A stretch of 64,000 bases of DNA from Blastocystis sp. Blastoise. Lineage: Eukaryota; Protista; Bigyra: Opalinata. Under the pieces are notes generated by a model. That model made no database searches. It was not told where the DNA came from and saw only the letters and a list, made by a program, of their open reading frames with translations. This document shows, piece by piece, positions 49,849 through 64,000 of the stretch. The DNA lies in contig JBBPEB010000003.1 in the NCBI GenBank assembly GCA_039096225.1, forward strand, positions 992,001 through 1,056,000, in the 5' to 3' direction. The translations under genes and the position numbers were made by a program. Each line of letters opens with the position of its first letter. Position 1 is the stretch's first letter.

Positions 49849-50839
49849 TCTTTAAGTTTTATTTTAATAAAAAAATATATATATTTTTATGTAAAACAAA
49901 TAGTTTTTATTTTATAAAGAAAAGAAGAGAAGTTTCAACCTGATTACTGATTCGAGAAACCCGATCAAGATTTTTTTTTTTTTTAGATTTTTTTTTATTG
50001 AATAAGAAATATTCATGATTATTTTATAGAATAGAAGTGGAATCAATAAGATATTCAAGATTATAGTCAAGAAATTCATTTCAACTGAATTCTTTTTATT
50101 CTTTTTTTTATATCTATTTTTTAATTAGATACCATAAAGAATTGTGAGAAAAGAGTAAGTATAGATAGAAGAAAAAGAAAAAGAAATGATTTTATTAAAA
50201 AGAAATTGAAATGAAAAGTTGACTCATTATTTATTTTATTTGTAGAAGATAGAAAAAAAGATTTATAGAATGCTCATCATGTTTATTGACTTTGAAAAAA
50301 AGATTAATGAATGAATTATTTGTAAAATATACTTTTTTATATATAAGAAACATACGAAATAATTGTTTATGAATATTATTTATTATTTATTGCCTTTTTC
50401 AATTGATTTTTTAGTCATTGTATTCTTTTTACTGAATAGATGATCGGCATACGCTTCAAATATATTCGTAGAGAACTTTTATTGATTTAAATAATAGTAT
50501 CCTATATTCAAAAAGACTTTTTATTACTTTTTCATGATATTTATATTATTCATTTACTTAGTTTTCTAATTTTAGTATCCCATTTCAGATCTATATTCTC
50601 ATCATATCATTCTTATAGTAAAATATCGAACTATTGTTCGAACAGCATGGCTATTCATCAATTTTTTTCACTATTCACCGCATTCATAAGCTCTATTAAC
50701 GTATCTATTATGATATACTTTTGTTCATATGGGTACTTTGTGGGGTTAATCGAGATATATGAAAAGAATAACGAAAAAATATATAGTTTAAAATTTTTTC
50801 TATACAATAATATCATTCTTATTCAATAATTATGATAAT

Positions 50840-51812
50840 TTATACAAGTAATCCTTTTTTTACTTCATTCATAATGGTTGTTCCTTGTAATTGATTTACT
50901 ATTTCTAAAGCGAATGGAATAGCTGTACCTGGACCTTGCGATGTAACTAGAAACATAGAATCATAACAAATATATAGTATTTATATATGAATAACTATTC
51001 ATTCTTCATATATACAAAAATAAAAGTTATAAAATAGTATGATAGAGTATGAAATATATAAGAAAAACACATAAAAATATATATACTAAAGTTTTTATCA
51101 ATAACAACTTGTTTATCAGTTATTGGATTTGAAAGATTCTTTTGAAAATTCTATAATAGAAATATGAATATCATCATCTTCAATTTATATTAATATATAC
51201 GGGAAAAGAAGTTGCTTTGATTGTCGATAAAAATCCATGTTGCTATAATATATATAAATAGACTTACTCTAATAATAATAATATATACTTGTAAAACAAC
51301 AGCAGGAGAAGCACAAATTGCACAAATCCATTGATTCTTCTTATTTTGCTCATTTAATTTATTTATTAGATCTTCACAATCACGAAGATGTTCCTTAAAA
51401 TATATATTAAAAATAGATTAAGAAATTAATTAATTATTTATATCTGTAAAAAACAATACTATATATGTTGTATCGAAATAATAAAATATATATATATATA
51501 TACTGCCCCTGGCATGCCTCCTGGAAGAACAATAGCATCATAGTTGTTGCCGATTATGTCTTTTAATAGTGAGTCAGCTACTAATTGAACTCCTCGAGAC
51601 ATTACTACTTGCTTAGAATTCTCAACAGAAGCAACTGTAACATTTATTTTAGATCTTCTCAATATATCTATAACAGCTATAGACTCTAATTCCTCAGAAC
51701 CATTTGCAATGGGTACGAGGACTTGAGGAATTCTTGTACTCATTGACTAATATAATAGTATATGATTGAAAAACTATGTATATACACGACGAAACAAAGA
51801 TAATGCAAACAT
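50840..51812 (-). CDS. PARK7: DJ-1/ThiJ (PfpI family) protein with mitochondrial-type targeting peptide, 6 exons
   Basis: VLVPIANGSEELE, DAIVLPGGMPGA, ICAICASPA (nucleophile Cys), VTSQGPGTAIPFAL. An upstream exon encodes MFALSLFRR|SMSTR. TAA at 50840-50842. Confidence 0.92.
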
Positions 51813-52262
51813 GTTGTTTTTTTTTAATTTCAAGTTTATTCGTTTTGTTTTTATAATTCTTTTAGAGGCTTCATTAATTTTTATAAATTTTTTATTTTTT
51901 CAATTTTGTGTTCTGTGCCGTTGATAATGCCTTATAAATAAATTTATCAGCTTTAGTAAAGATCACATTTGATTCAAATATCATAGAATAATAATTTATC
52001 GTGATAAATGACACGATATTCAATTGTGCGTTTTATATTTGAATTTCTATGATATTTAAAAATAAAAACAAAATGTCCAATGTATTTATATTTATATATA
52101 AATTTATTCAATTGCTTTTATAATGTATTTATTGAGAATATAATGATTTTTACGAGATAACTATGTTTGTGGAATACTAGAAATGTTAAAAGTTGTGTTT
52201 TCTATACGTTTTTAAAAAATATCTTTTGTAGAATTGTTATAAATACTTATAAAAGGGCTTAA

Positions 52263-53741
52263 ATGAAAGTTGTTCTGATCTTGTTGTTATCGTTATATGT
52301 GTCTTGTGAATCTCTAATCCCTTTTTCACAGGAGGATGCCATTCTTTGGTGGAATTATGCTTCTTCTATGCCTTGTTCAGCATCGTCTATAACTTCTTTA
52401 ACATGTGATAGTTGTCAACCATTCGTTAATAAATTAGAGAATATAACAGTTATTGAGAATCCAACAACAAAGGTTCGAAGTGTCGTTGGCATCTATAATA
52501 AAGAATATATTGTTGTGGGATATCGTGGAAGTACTGAATTTGAGAATTGGATTCATGATATAGCTTCTATTATGATAGGTACTATGGATGGATGTCCAGG
52601 AAACTGTAAAGTAGCTCTAGGCTTTTATGATGCTTATCTTAGTATCAAAAAACAAGTATATATATATATATTTTTTTTTTTCATATAAAAATATTTTTTA
52701 TTCTTATTTTTTTTATATGTTTGATTTCATATTTTTTGGTACATATTTATATTATTTTCATATAATTAATGAATTATAACTATTTATATATATATATAGT
52801 TATTGCCTCATATTCAAATGCTTAAACAATTATTTCCAAATTATAAACTATTCTTTACAGGTCATATATCCTTATATATATATATTAATTATATATGTAT
52901 AAAGATTTATATAAAGTTAATAAATGATTTATATAAAATTAATAAAAAATTTAATATAAATAAGAATTTAATATATATATTAAATATATAATAGTTTGTT
53001 TAAAATATATATAAATGATATGTATCCTATATATTTTTTTATCTACTTTTTCTATTCTATACACTATAAAACACTAAGAATATATTCTAAAACATTATTA
53101 TTCTTAATAACAATACTCTTTGGGAGGTGCATTAGCTACAGTAACTGTTATGGATTTCTTATTAAATGAAAATATTACTACTCATTCTTTATATACATAT
53201 GGTTCTCCATACGTTGGAAACTCAGTATTTGCTTCTGTTTTTAATAAAGGACCTCGTATATAGATATATTATTATTAATATAATTATATTCAATATATAT
53301 ATATATTATATAAAAAATAAATATATATAATAATTTTAGTTTATCATAATCATTTCAATAAATCTAACACTAGTCATATTATTATACATAGATACATATT
53401 ACAGAATAACTCATTATGCAGATCCAATTGTCCATTTACCTCCAAAAAGTGATAAATATGAACATGTTGGAGAAGAAGTATATATATATAATATTTTATT
53501 TTTATTGAATTCATTATAATTTTTAGTCTATGTAATTACTATAATATATACTATGATATACTGATTTCTCATATAGGTTTTCTATAATAAAGATAGTAAA
53601 TTTTATAAAATTTGCCTTCATCCAGAAAGTTCAAAATGCTCAAACTCTGTTGTATTGCCAACAAACTTTAATGACCATTTCTCGTATATGAACATGCAAT
53701 TTTCTTGTCCTGCTGCATTCTATAATCATACAATCATATAA
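52263..53741 (+). CDS. Secreted class-3 (fungal-type) triacylglycerol lipase, 5 exons including one AT-AC intron
   Basis: Signal peptide MKVVLILLLSLYVSC. IVVGYRGST, VALGFYDAY, FTGH|SLGGALA, YTYGSPYVGN, RITHYADPIVHLPP, YEHVGEEV, NDHFSY give a complete Ser-Asp-His triad. Confidence 0.93.
52866..53116 (+). other. U12-type AT-AC intron (251 nt, phase 0)
   Basis: 5' end ATATCCTTA; branch-point-like TTCTTAAT at 53101-53108; 3' end CAATAC. Removal restores GGT CAT|TCT TTG GGA GGT (GHSLGG). Confidence 0.93.
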
Positions 53742-53979
53742 ATATTGTTTTTTTTTAAAATTTCTATTGATAGATCTATTGCTATTATTTTTATTGACGA
53801 CAATAGATGCTTTTTAAATATATTAAACTGTTTTATGAATTGTAACGAAGAGTTTTTGTTTTGATTTAAATTTTTACCTTAAATTATTTAAGACATTTTA
53901 AGTGAGAATTACTAAAAGATTGTTTTCTTTTTTAATTTTGTTATATTAAATAATTTTTTTTAATTTATAAAATATAGAA

Positions 53980-56872
53980 ATGTCAGGTGTAAGACAACAG
54001 TATTCATCTCAGCCTTTGAGAAAGCTCGTAATATTTCTTTCATTTGGACTCTTTTGCGTTTTCACTCTTATTTCTCAAACAGTATATTTGTTTTTACATT
54101 CAATTAATTTCTCAATTAGTTTATTCTTCATTCAGTTGATCTAAGGGTAAATATAAACAAATTTGTGATCGTACTATGAACTATTTAGGTTCCTACAAGG
54201 TATATTGTTGAACAAATTGAAGATGTGACTATTCAATCAACCATTGAAAATCAAGGTAATACTTTATACATTCATTTTTCGAACATTGATATCTATTTTT
54301 TATCGTTTTTTGGAGAATTTTTATTAATGGTTTATTTTTTATAGAGAATCCTTCTATAATACAAGGATCAATGAATGTAGAAAAAGAAGAAGATGATTCT
54401 TATGATTATGAAGCAGTTTTTTGCTCCAATTTTATGGATTCTAAAGTATATAATTAAATGTTTATATTCTTTTTATTTAATATATTTTAATACTAATAAA
54501 AATTAATATGATTATTTTTTATAATATTTTTTGTGTATTTATATTATATAAATAATTTAAAACAAATTTTTATCTTTATGTGTGTATATATAATAAGAAT
54601 GATACTATATATAGGATCCATTAAAATTAAAAATTCAATTAAATACATTAAAAAGATTTACAACATTAGATCCAAAACGAATTAAATTTGTTTTATTTAC
54701 ACAATCGGAATATTGGACATTACAAGCAAAAAAACTTAATATTGAAGTATCCACAGAATTCACGTATATTTTTATCTTTATATGTTTATATATTTATAAA
54801 TATATTATATATATTTAAATTTTTTTTTTAATTATTTTTGTATATATATATATATATAGGAGTAATCAATATGGAACTCCATATTTCTTTCCTATGTTAG
54901 AATATATTGAATCTAATTATAAATCTCATTTTTATGGGTTTTTAAATGGAGATATATTATTACACAGTAGTATTATAGATATATTAAGAAAAGTATGGAA
55001 TGAAAGAGAAGGAGGGAAATTAAAGAATAAAGTATATATATATATATTTATTTTATTTTTTATATCATTTTTATTTATATTGATTATATAATAATAATTC
55101 TTATGATAATAATATTATATTAATATGAATATAATATAATTATAGTTAATGATAACAGGTAGACGTAATAATATGTATATATCTTTATCTATTAATATCG
55201 GTACTAATTCTGAAGAAATGGATATGTTTATTAAGAATAATGTATTTAAAAATGAACAATTTTTACCTGTTTCACAAGTATAAATATATATATATATATT
55301 AATATTTATATAATTATAATATTATAGGATTATTTTATTATTACAAAAGGTACTTTTGATTATAAGAATATGTTTCCCGTGGTTATTGGTCGAAATGATT
55401 ATGATAATTATTTAGTTGATTATTGTTATCATCATCCTCGATATATATCCTTAATTGATGGATCAACAGCTAGTATATATATATATATTATGAACAATAA
55501 TTTTATTATCTTTTCAAAAAAAAATATTTTTTTTATTGTGTATTTTTTAAATATTTTTTATTTATAGTTATAGCATTACATCAAACGGAATCCCACGGTA
55601 ATTTCGCTGGTGAAAGAGTAAATCCTGATAAAACCTGGAATCATGATTTAATTGGTAAACATCATGAATATGATAGTGTGTTATTTGCTAATTGGAGAAT
55701 ATGTATATATATATATATATTGTTTTAATATTAATGTTTATATATATGTTAAGTATTATATTTTAATATTAATGTTTATATATATTATATATATAGATGC
55801 TACAACTACTGGTAATTATCATATATTACCTACTTCTCCTTATGATGATAATTATACTCCTAAAGAATTATCTTTTCTTCAAACTCATCTACCCTTACAT
55901 AGTCGTATATATATATATATATATATATTTGTTTTTCCTTTTATTTAGATAATATATTTTTAAATATAATTATTTTATTTAATTTAAATTATTTTTTTGT
56001 AAATTTATATATATATATATATATAATATATATATATATTAGATTGTTTCTTTCTTGGAGCTGGATATATTTCAGGCAAAATCAGTAGTATTTGTGATAC
56101 GGCTGAAATTGTATATTATGATAAATGGTACAGGTGTGTATATACTATATATATTTATTAAATATTATATAATATTTTAATAAATAGAAATTATAAATAT
56201 ATATTAAAAAGAATTACTTATTATATATATATATAGTAAAAAGATTAATAAAACTATTACTAGACCACCGATGGATATAAATAAATATCATGAAGCAATA
56301 CGTATTATTGAGTATATATATATATATATCATATAATAATAATACTTTTTATATGACTATTAAATAAACTATATATATATAACACAATATATATATAGTG
56401 TATATAATAAGACAATGAGGGGTGATTGTAGTCGATATCATTTTTATTTTGATCGATTAAAAGAAATAGGTGATTTCTATGATATTATATTTATTGAAGG
56501 AGGTTGCAGACTACATGCTTTTAATTATATATCCTTTATATATAAACATATATATATATATATTATATTTTATTTTTTAATTATATATAACTATATATAA
56601 TATTCTTTAATTAATATACATTATACCCTATTTAAAACCAGATTCTTTGGTTGTTTTTAGAGGATATAATATACAAAAATATGATTATAATAATTTACAA
56701 GAAGAAGCATATCATAAAATATTTGAGTATATATATTTGAGTATATATATTTTCATATAATATTATATATAGATTAAGTCCAGTAGAATCTTTATATTCT
56801 TTAGATATACAAGGAATAAGAATCTATAAATATATACCTAATAAATATATTACTACAAAATTACCTATATAA
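53980..56872 (+). CDS. Type-II membrane protein: glycosyltransferase-like (GT-A-like) domain fused to a C-terminal class-I SAM methyltransferase-like domain, ~15 exons including one AT-AC intron
   Basis: TM anchor LVIFLFIGLFCVFTLI. GTPYFFPML...FYGFLNGDILL, DYFII, VVIGRNDYDNYLV, IDGS..IIALHQT. Then FFLGAGYIS (motif-I-like) and YDIIFIEGGCR....Y|IIPYLKPDSLVVF (motif IV/V-like). Confidence 0.7.
56529..56619 (+). other. U12-type AT-AC intron (91 nt, phase 0)
   Basis: 5' end ATATCCTTT; branch-point-like TTCTTTAAT at 56603-56611; 3' end ATATAC. Removal joins HAFNY|IIPYLKPDSLVVFRGY in frame; no AG acceptor is available in the interval. Confidence 0.9.
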
Positions 56873-57573
56873 TTATTAAATTTTAATTAACATTTATAAT
56901 ATATATAATTTATAAAGTATCAATTTTATATATATTTCTTTTATTGTTTTATTATATATGTTCTAGATTCAATAGTCTTTATTTCTTTCTTTTTTATTAT
57001 TATATATTTTTTGTTTTTTAATATTAAGTATAGCGTATAGTTTTATTTCCTTTGTTTTTCATTTTTTATGATATTTACCAATTTTAATTTCTTTTTTTTA
57101 TATATAAAAAAATATATATTTTTTCTCAATACTTAAATGAATATATATTTATTAATATAGTTCTTCTTAGTTATCAAATAATAGTTTTGCTTTATTAAAT
57201 ATGTATATAAATTTATTCATTATATTCTTTAGGAAAATATCTCTATTTCGAAATTCAAATTTAAATCCTTTTTTATAAATCCTTTCTAAAATCTACATTA
57301 ATCATTATGATTACATCTATGTACAACTCAGTACAAGCATAAATTTAGTAGTATACTGTTTGATGTCATCTAAACAACAATTAGAAAACTCATAATTAGA
57401 GACTGATATTAAAATTTTAATAAACCCCAAATATCATTAAATATAAATAAACTATATTTATCTTGAATCAATTAATAAAACTTTGGTTCTATAAAAATTA
57501 ATGTTTTTTTATTTTTCACTATGAAGATTTTTCAATATCTACAGTTATGTGATGAATAAAAACGTTTTCAATA

Positions 57574-57657
57574 GCCAGTTTGTCCGAGTGGTCCAAGGAG
57601 GGGGACTTAAGATCCCTTATGCGAACGCATGCGTGGGTTCAAACCCCACAGCTGGCA
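57574..57657 (+). tRNA. tRNA-Leu (anticodon TAA), long variable arm, no intron
   Basis: Acceptor stem GCCAGTT/AGCTGGC-A, D-loop box A CCGAGTGGTCCAAGG, anticodon loop CT-TAA-GA, variable arm ATGCG..CGCAT, T-arm GTGGGTTCAAACCCCAC, T-runs downstream. Confidence 0.96.
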
Positions 57658-57969
57658 TTTCTTTTTATGTTTTAATTCTTTTGTAGAACAATTAACTAAA
57701 ATTTTTAAAACAATCGTTTAAAATCAGTTTTATTGATTAAATGTATATAAGAAATAACAGATACGAATAGCCATATAGATATCTTTTATAAGGAAAAATT
57801 AATATATATTATTACATATAAATATATTAATAAAATATATATATATATTATGAAAAACTGAAAGAAGACAAAACAGATATAAAGATTAAAAAAAAAAAAT
57901 ATAAGTGTAAATATAAATATTCTATCATAAAGAATAAACATAAAATGAAAAGAGAATAAATTATAATTT

Positions 57970-60791
<2,822 letters not shown>

Positions 60792-61073
60792 TATAAATAG
60801 AGTATAACGGATAAAAATTTAATTAAAAGTATTTTTTTACTAAAACTTGCAAAGATATAATCCAAGGAATGTTCTATACTAATAGTGATTTTTCGTTACT
60901 TTCATGATTCATCAAATAATATGGAAAATATATTTTTCTGGTTTCTTCATTGTCTATATTAATTTTAATTGATTTGAGTAAGTTTTTATAAATTAATCGC
61001 ACTGTATCTAGTGTATACCTATTTTTCTACATGATTCTTAAACTCATTATGTTACTATAGTTCAATTATTACC

Positions 61074-62758
61074 ATGTCAAACGCTGAATTACTGTCAGTT
61101 GAAGAAAAATGTATTCAAATTTACTTAAAAATATTTATTTTCTTTTAGATTTATTTACATTTCAAGATGAGACGCAATTATGGATTTCTAAAGAATTTAT
61201 TAAGAAATATCAGCAATTACCCTTTCACGATATTATTAAACACTCTGAGAAGTATGATGATGGTAGTTATTATATAGATATGCTTCCTTTTCATATTGAA
61301 AGAGTGATTTCTTTTTTAATGGCAGATAACATGGATATATTTTCATTAAATTTGAAAGATAGTTATGATATATATAAAACACTTATTGAATACTCAGTTA
61401 AGATTGATAAAGAAATTCAAAGTGATTTATTATATCATGTTAAGGAACTCTTTTATAAATATTTGAAAGACAATAATTATGATGTATATGTATATATTAA
61501 CTGTATCATAAAAGAATGTATGCCTATTGAATTATTTAATTTAGAAAAGAAAGAAATATGTTTTAATGGTATTTATATATATATATAAATAAATATATAT
61601 AATTATATATATATATATATATAGGATTATTAACACCTAAACGAAAAGATGAATTATTATATTATGCTCTTCTTATTAAAATGATGAATATTACTAAAGT
61701 TAAGATTACATGTAAATAGATATAATATAATATAAATAATAATAATATATATAGATAACTATGCCTCGAATATTCCAATAGAATATATATGTCCATCGTG
61801 TATTAAAGATATATTCCATTCATTAGAAAAATTAGAAATAAATGGTATATATATATATTTCATTATATATATATATAGTAACAACGCATTATAATAAAAC
61901 TGAACTATTATTAAATCCAAATAGTGATGAATATATAATAGAATATAATCGCTTATTTAATGAATATGATTATGAAATAATTAATCCTGAAGAATATGAG
62001 TATTATGCTGAATCAGAGATGAATGAATATAATAAGATTTCTTCTTCTTTAGATCGTAATAAATTATATTATTCCCGTGATTTGATTAATTCCTATAATA
62101 AAAGAAGAAATAAGAATGAATTACCTAAATTATATAAATATATTGTTAATGAAGCTATATATACAAATGATTATTCAAAAGTAGAAATAAATAAAACAAA
62201 AGATGAATATGAATTAGATGATATAATCAGAATTGAATATGATCGTATATATATTTTTGAATCCTATATTTATTATTATATATAGAGAAAACGAATGATA
62301 AAAGATTCATGTAAATAATATATTATTTTTTATTATACATTTTATTCTGATACATTAAATAGTATTCATGAAGTATCTTCAGAATATGGTATATCTCAAT
62401 TATTACTTCTTCCTTCCTATATGTGTACTTCAAGAATCATTTTAAATGAATGTAAGTATATATGTATATATTATAAACTATATAATTTATTTTAGATTTA
62501 TATGATCAAATTGATCCTATGCTTTTTATGAAATTATTTGAAGAAGGTGTTTTTGATTCTTTAACTACATTAAGTATTAGAACGAGTATTTTCATTTTGA
62601 ATTATTATTATAAGTATTATAATTCTGCATAGTTAAGGAATTAACAAATCAGATTGATTTGAATCTACTTAGTAAATTAATGACAACTCATGTATTTCCT
62701 AATGTTACTGAACTAATATATGATGATAATGATGGTATATATATATATATAAATATAA

Positions 62759-62799
<41 letters not shown>

Positions 62800-64000
62800 A
62801 TAGAACCTTTCCAATTATCTTTAATAAAGAAAGAATGCTTCCCAAAATTACATATTATCAATTACTTCACTTTAATAGGTAAATTTATATATTAAACAAT
62901 AAACTATTATTCTTAATTTAGATCTTACCAATTTAGATTTCCTATTTCCTGTGAATTTAATATCTATGATTGATACTATTCGTATATATTGGATTGAATG
63001 TAATTATGATCAAAATGAGGAAATAGTTGATTATTTAGATACTTTAGTTTATACTCATTCAATTCATATTGATATAATCGATATAGATATGTGTATTATA
63101 TATATATATATATTTACATTATATAACTGTTAGTATAGTTCATTATTTTATATACTTTTCATATAGATTATTGGATTTATTATTTTACACATTTAAATGA
63201 ATTATTAGAGAAAAATCTGATTTGCTTGGATCATCTTTCAAGTATTAAATTTTTTATCATTCTTTAAATATTATTTTTTTTATACATTTTATATTATATT
63301 CGATATAGTTGATTCTTCTCGTTATGAAAATATCGAAAATTTATATTATATTGAAGATAATAATCAAAATATTGATAGTTTAGATTTAATATTTAGTGGT
63401 ATTTTTTAATATATATAATAAATATGTTGTTGGTATTTCATAATAATACTAATATTTATTCATTTATAGATAATTATTATGATGGTGAAACTAGTGTAGA
63501 ACGATCATTAGAAATATTCTTAAAGAGTGATGTATTAAAAAATTTGAATAAATTAACTATTTCATGTATTTTTTTTTGTTTTATTATATTATTGTACGTT
63601 GTATTAATATCTATAGTTAGATATAATTTACAATATTTAACATGGATATCAACTCTTTTTAATGATAATAAGTTTAATACTATTCATGAATTAGAAATTA
63701 GTTGTATGTTATGTTATAAAACAATATATATATATATATAGTAGAGTCTATCAAAGAAGATTCATCCTCTGAATATTTAACTGCATATGAAAATATATTA
63801 ACAAAATTAATTCCTAAAGCTTCTATTATTAGAATATATAGTAATTATTTATATATACAATTATTATGTATAATAATTATTTATTTTATTAATTTTAACT
63901 ATTATTCTTATTAGGTTGCTACATGACTTTTATAAATCGATTAATTCCTAAAGGTTTCTTTCATAATACAACTGAATTAATTCTAGGTATATATCTATTA
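61074..64000 (+). CDS. Many-exon BTB-like/LRR-like protein, runs off the window (similar architecture to 38605-42032)
   Basis: MSNAELLSVEEK|YLFTFQDETQLWISKEFIKKYQQLPFHDII...SYYID. Later units GVFDSLTTL, HVFPNVTELIY, ECFPKLHII, LKNLNKLTI, NTIHELEI in short GT-AG-bounded exons. Confidence 0.7.

Noticed and set aside
51927-51965. ATGCCTTA...AGTAAAGA resembling the 5' end of U12 snRNA
   Set aside because: The spacing is much longer than in U12, and I see no convincing Sm site or downstream stems. It sits in a divergent promoter. A cmscan would settle it.
52251-52260. AAAAGGGCTT identical to the U11 snRNA 5' end, just before the lipase ATG
   Set aside because: Only 10 nt, followed directly by coding sequence with no U11 structure; probably coincidence.
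55445-55453. ATATCCTTA in the glycosyltransferase-like gene
   Set aside because: It lies in coding sequence (RYISLIDGS) that is needed in frame.

Overview
Very AT-rich, intron-dense eukaryotic genomic DNA in the standard genetic code. Most ORF-track entries are exon fragments running into introns, or antisense/microsatellite artefacts. I reconstruct 17 spliced protein genes and one tRNA-Leu(UAA). In order: ataxin-10-like (partial), PP5 phosphatase, a large secreted Ig-repeat protein, a possible ELL-like protein, a SERCA Ca2+-ATPase, an unknown membrane-anchored protein, a stand-alone Utp12-domain protein, lipin with an inserted GOLD domain, a ~1950-aa surface protein of alternating putative-Ig and Cys modules, SSUH2-like, a BTB/LRR-like protein, a ~2000+-aa protein of a patchily distributed bacterial/protist family, mitochondrion-targeted DJ-1, a class-3 lipase, a glycosyltransferase-like/methyltransferase fusion, a BTB + 2xTLDc protein, and a second BTB/LRR-like gene (partial). 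The gene families suggest an AT-rich Blastocystis-like gut stramenopile (inference, not proven). The strongest unusual signal is two AT-AC (U12/minor-spliceosome-type) introns in adjacent genes, one of which splits the lipase catalytic G-H|S-L-G motif. Other highlights are the lipin-GOLD fusion, (TA)n-bracketed introns lacking polypyrimidine tracts, a ribosomal P-stalk-like motif inside the giant protein, and candidate box C/D RNAs. Exon boundaries were read by eye and need RNA-seq confirmation.
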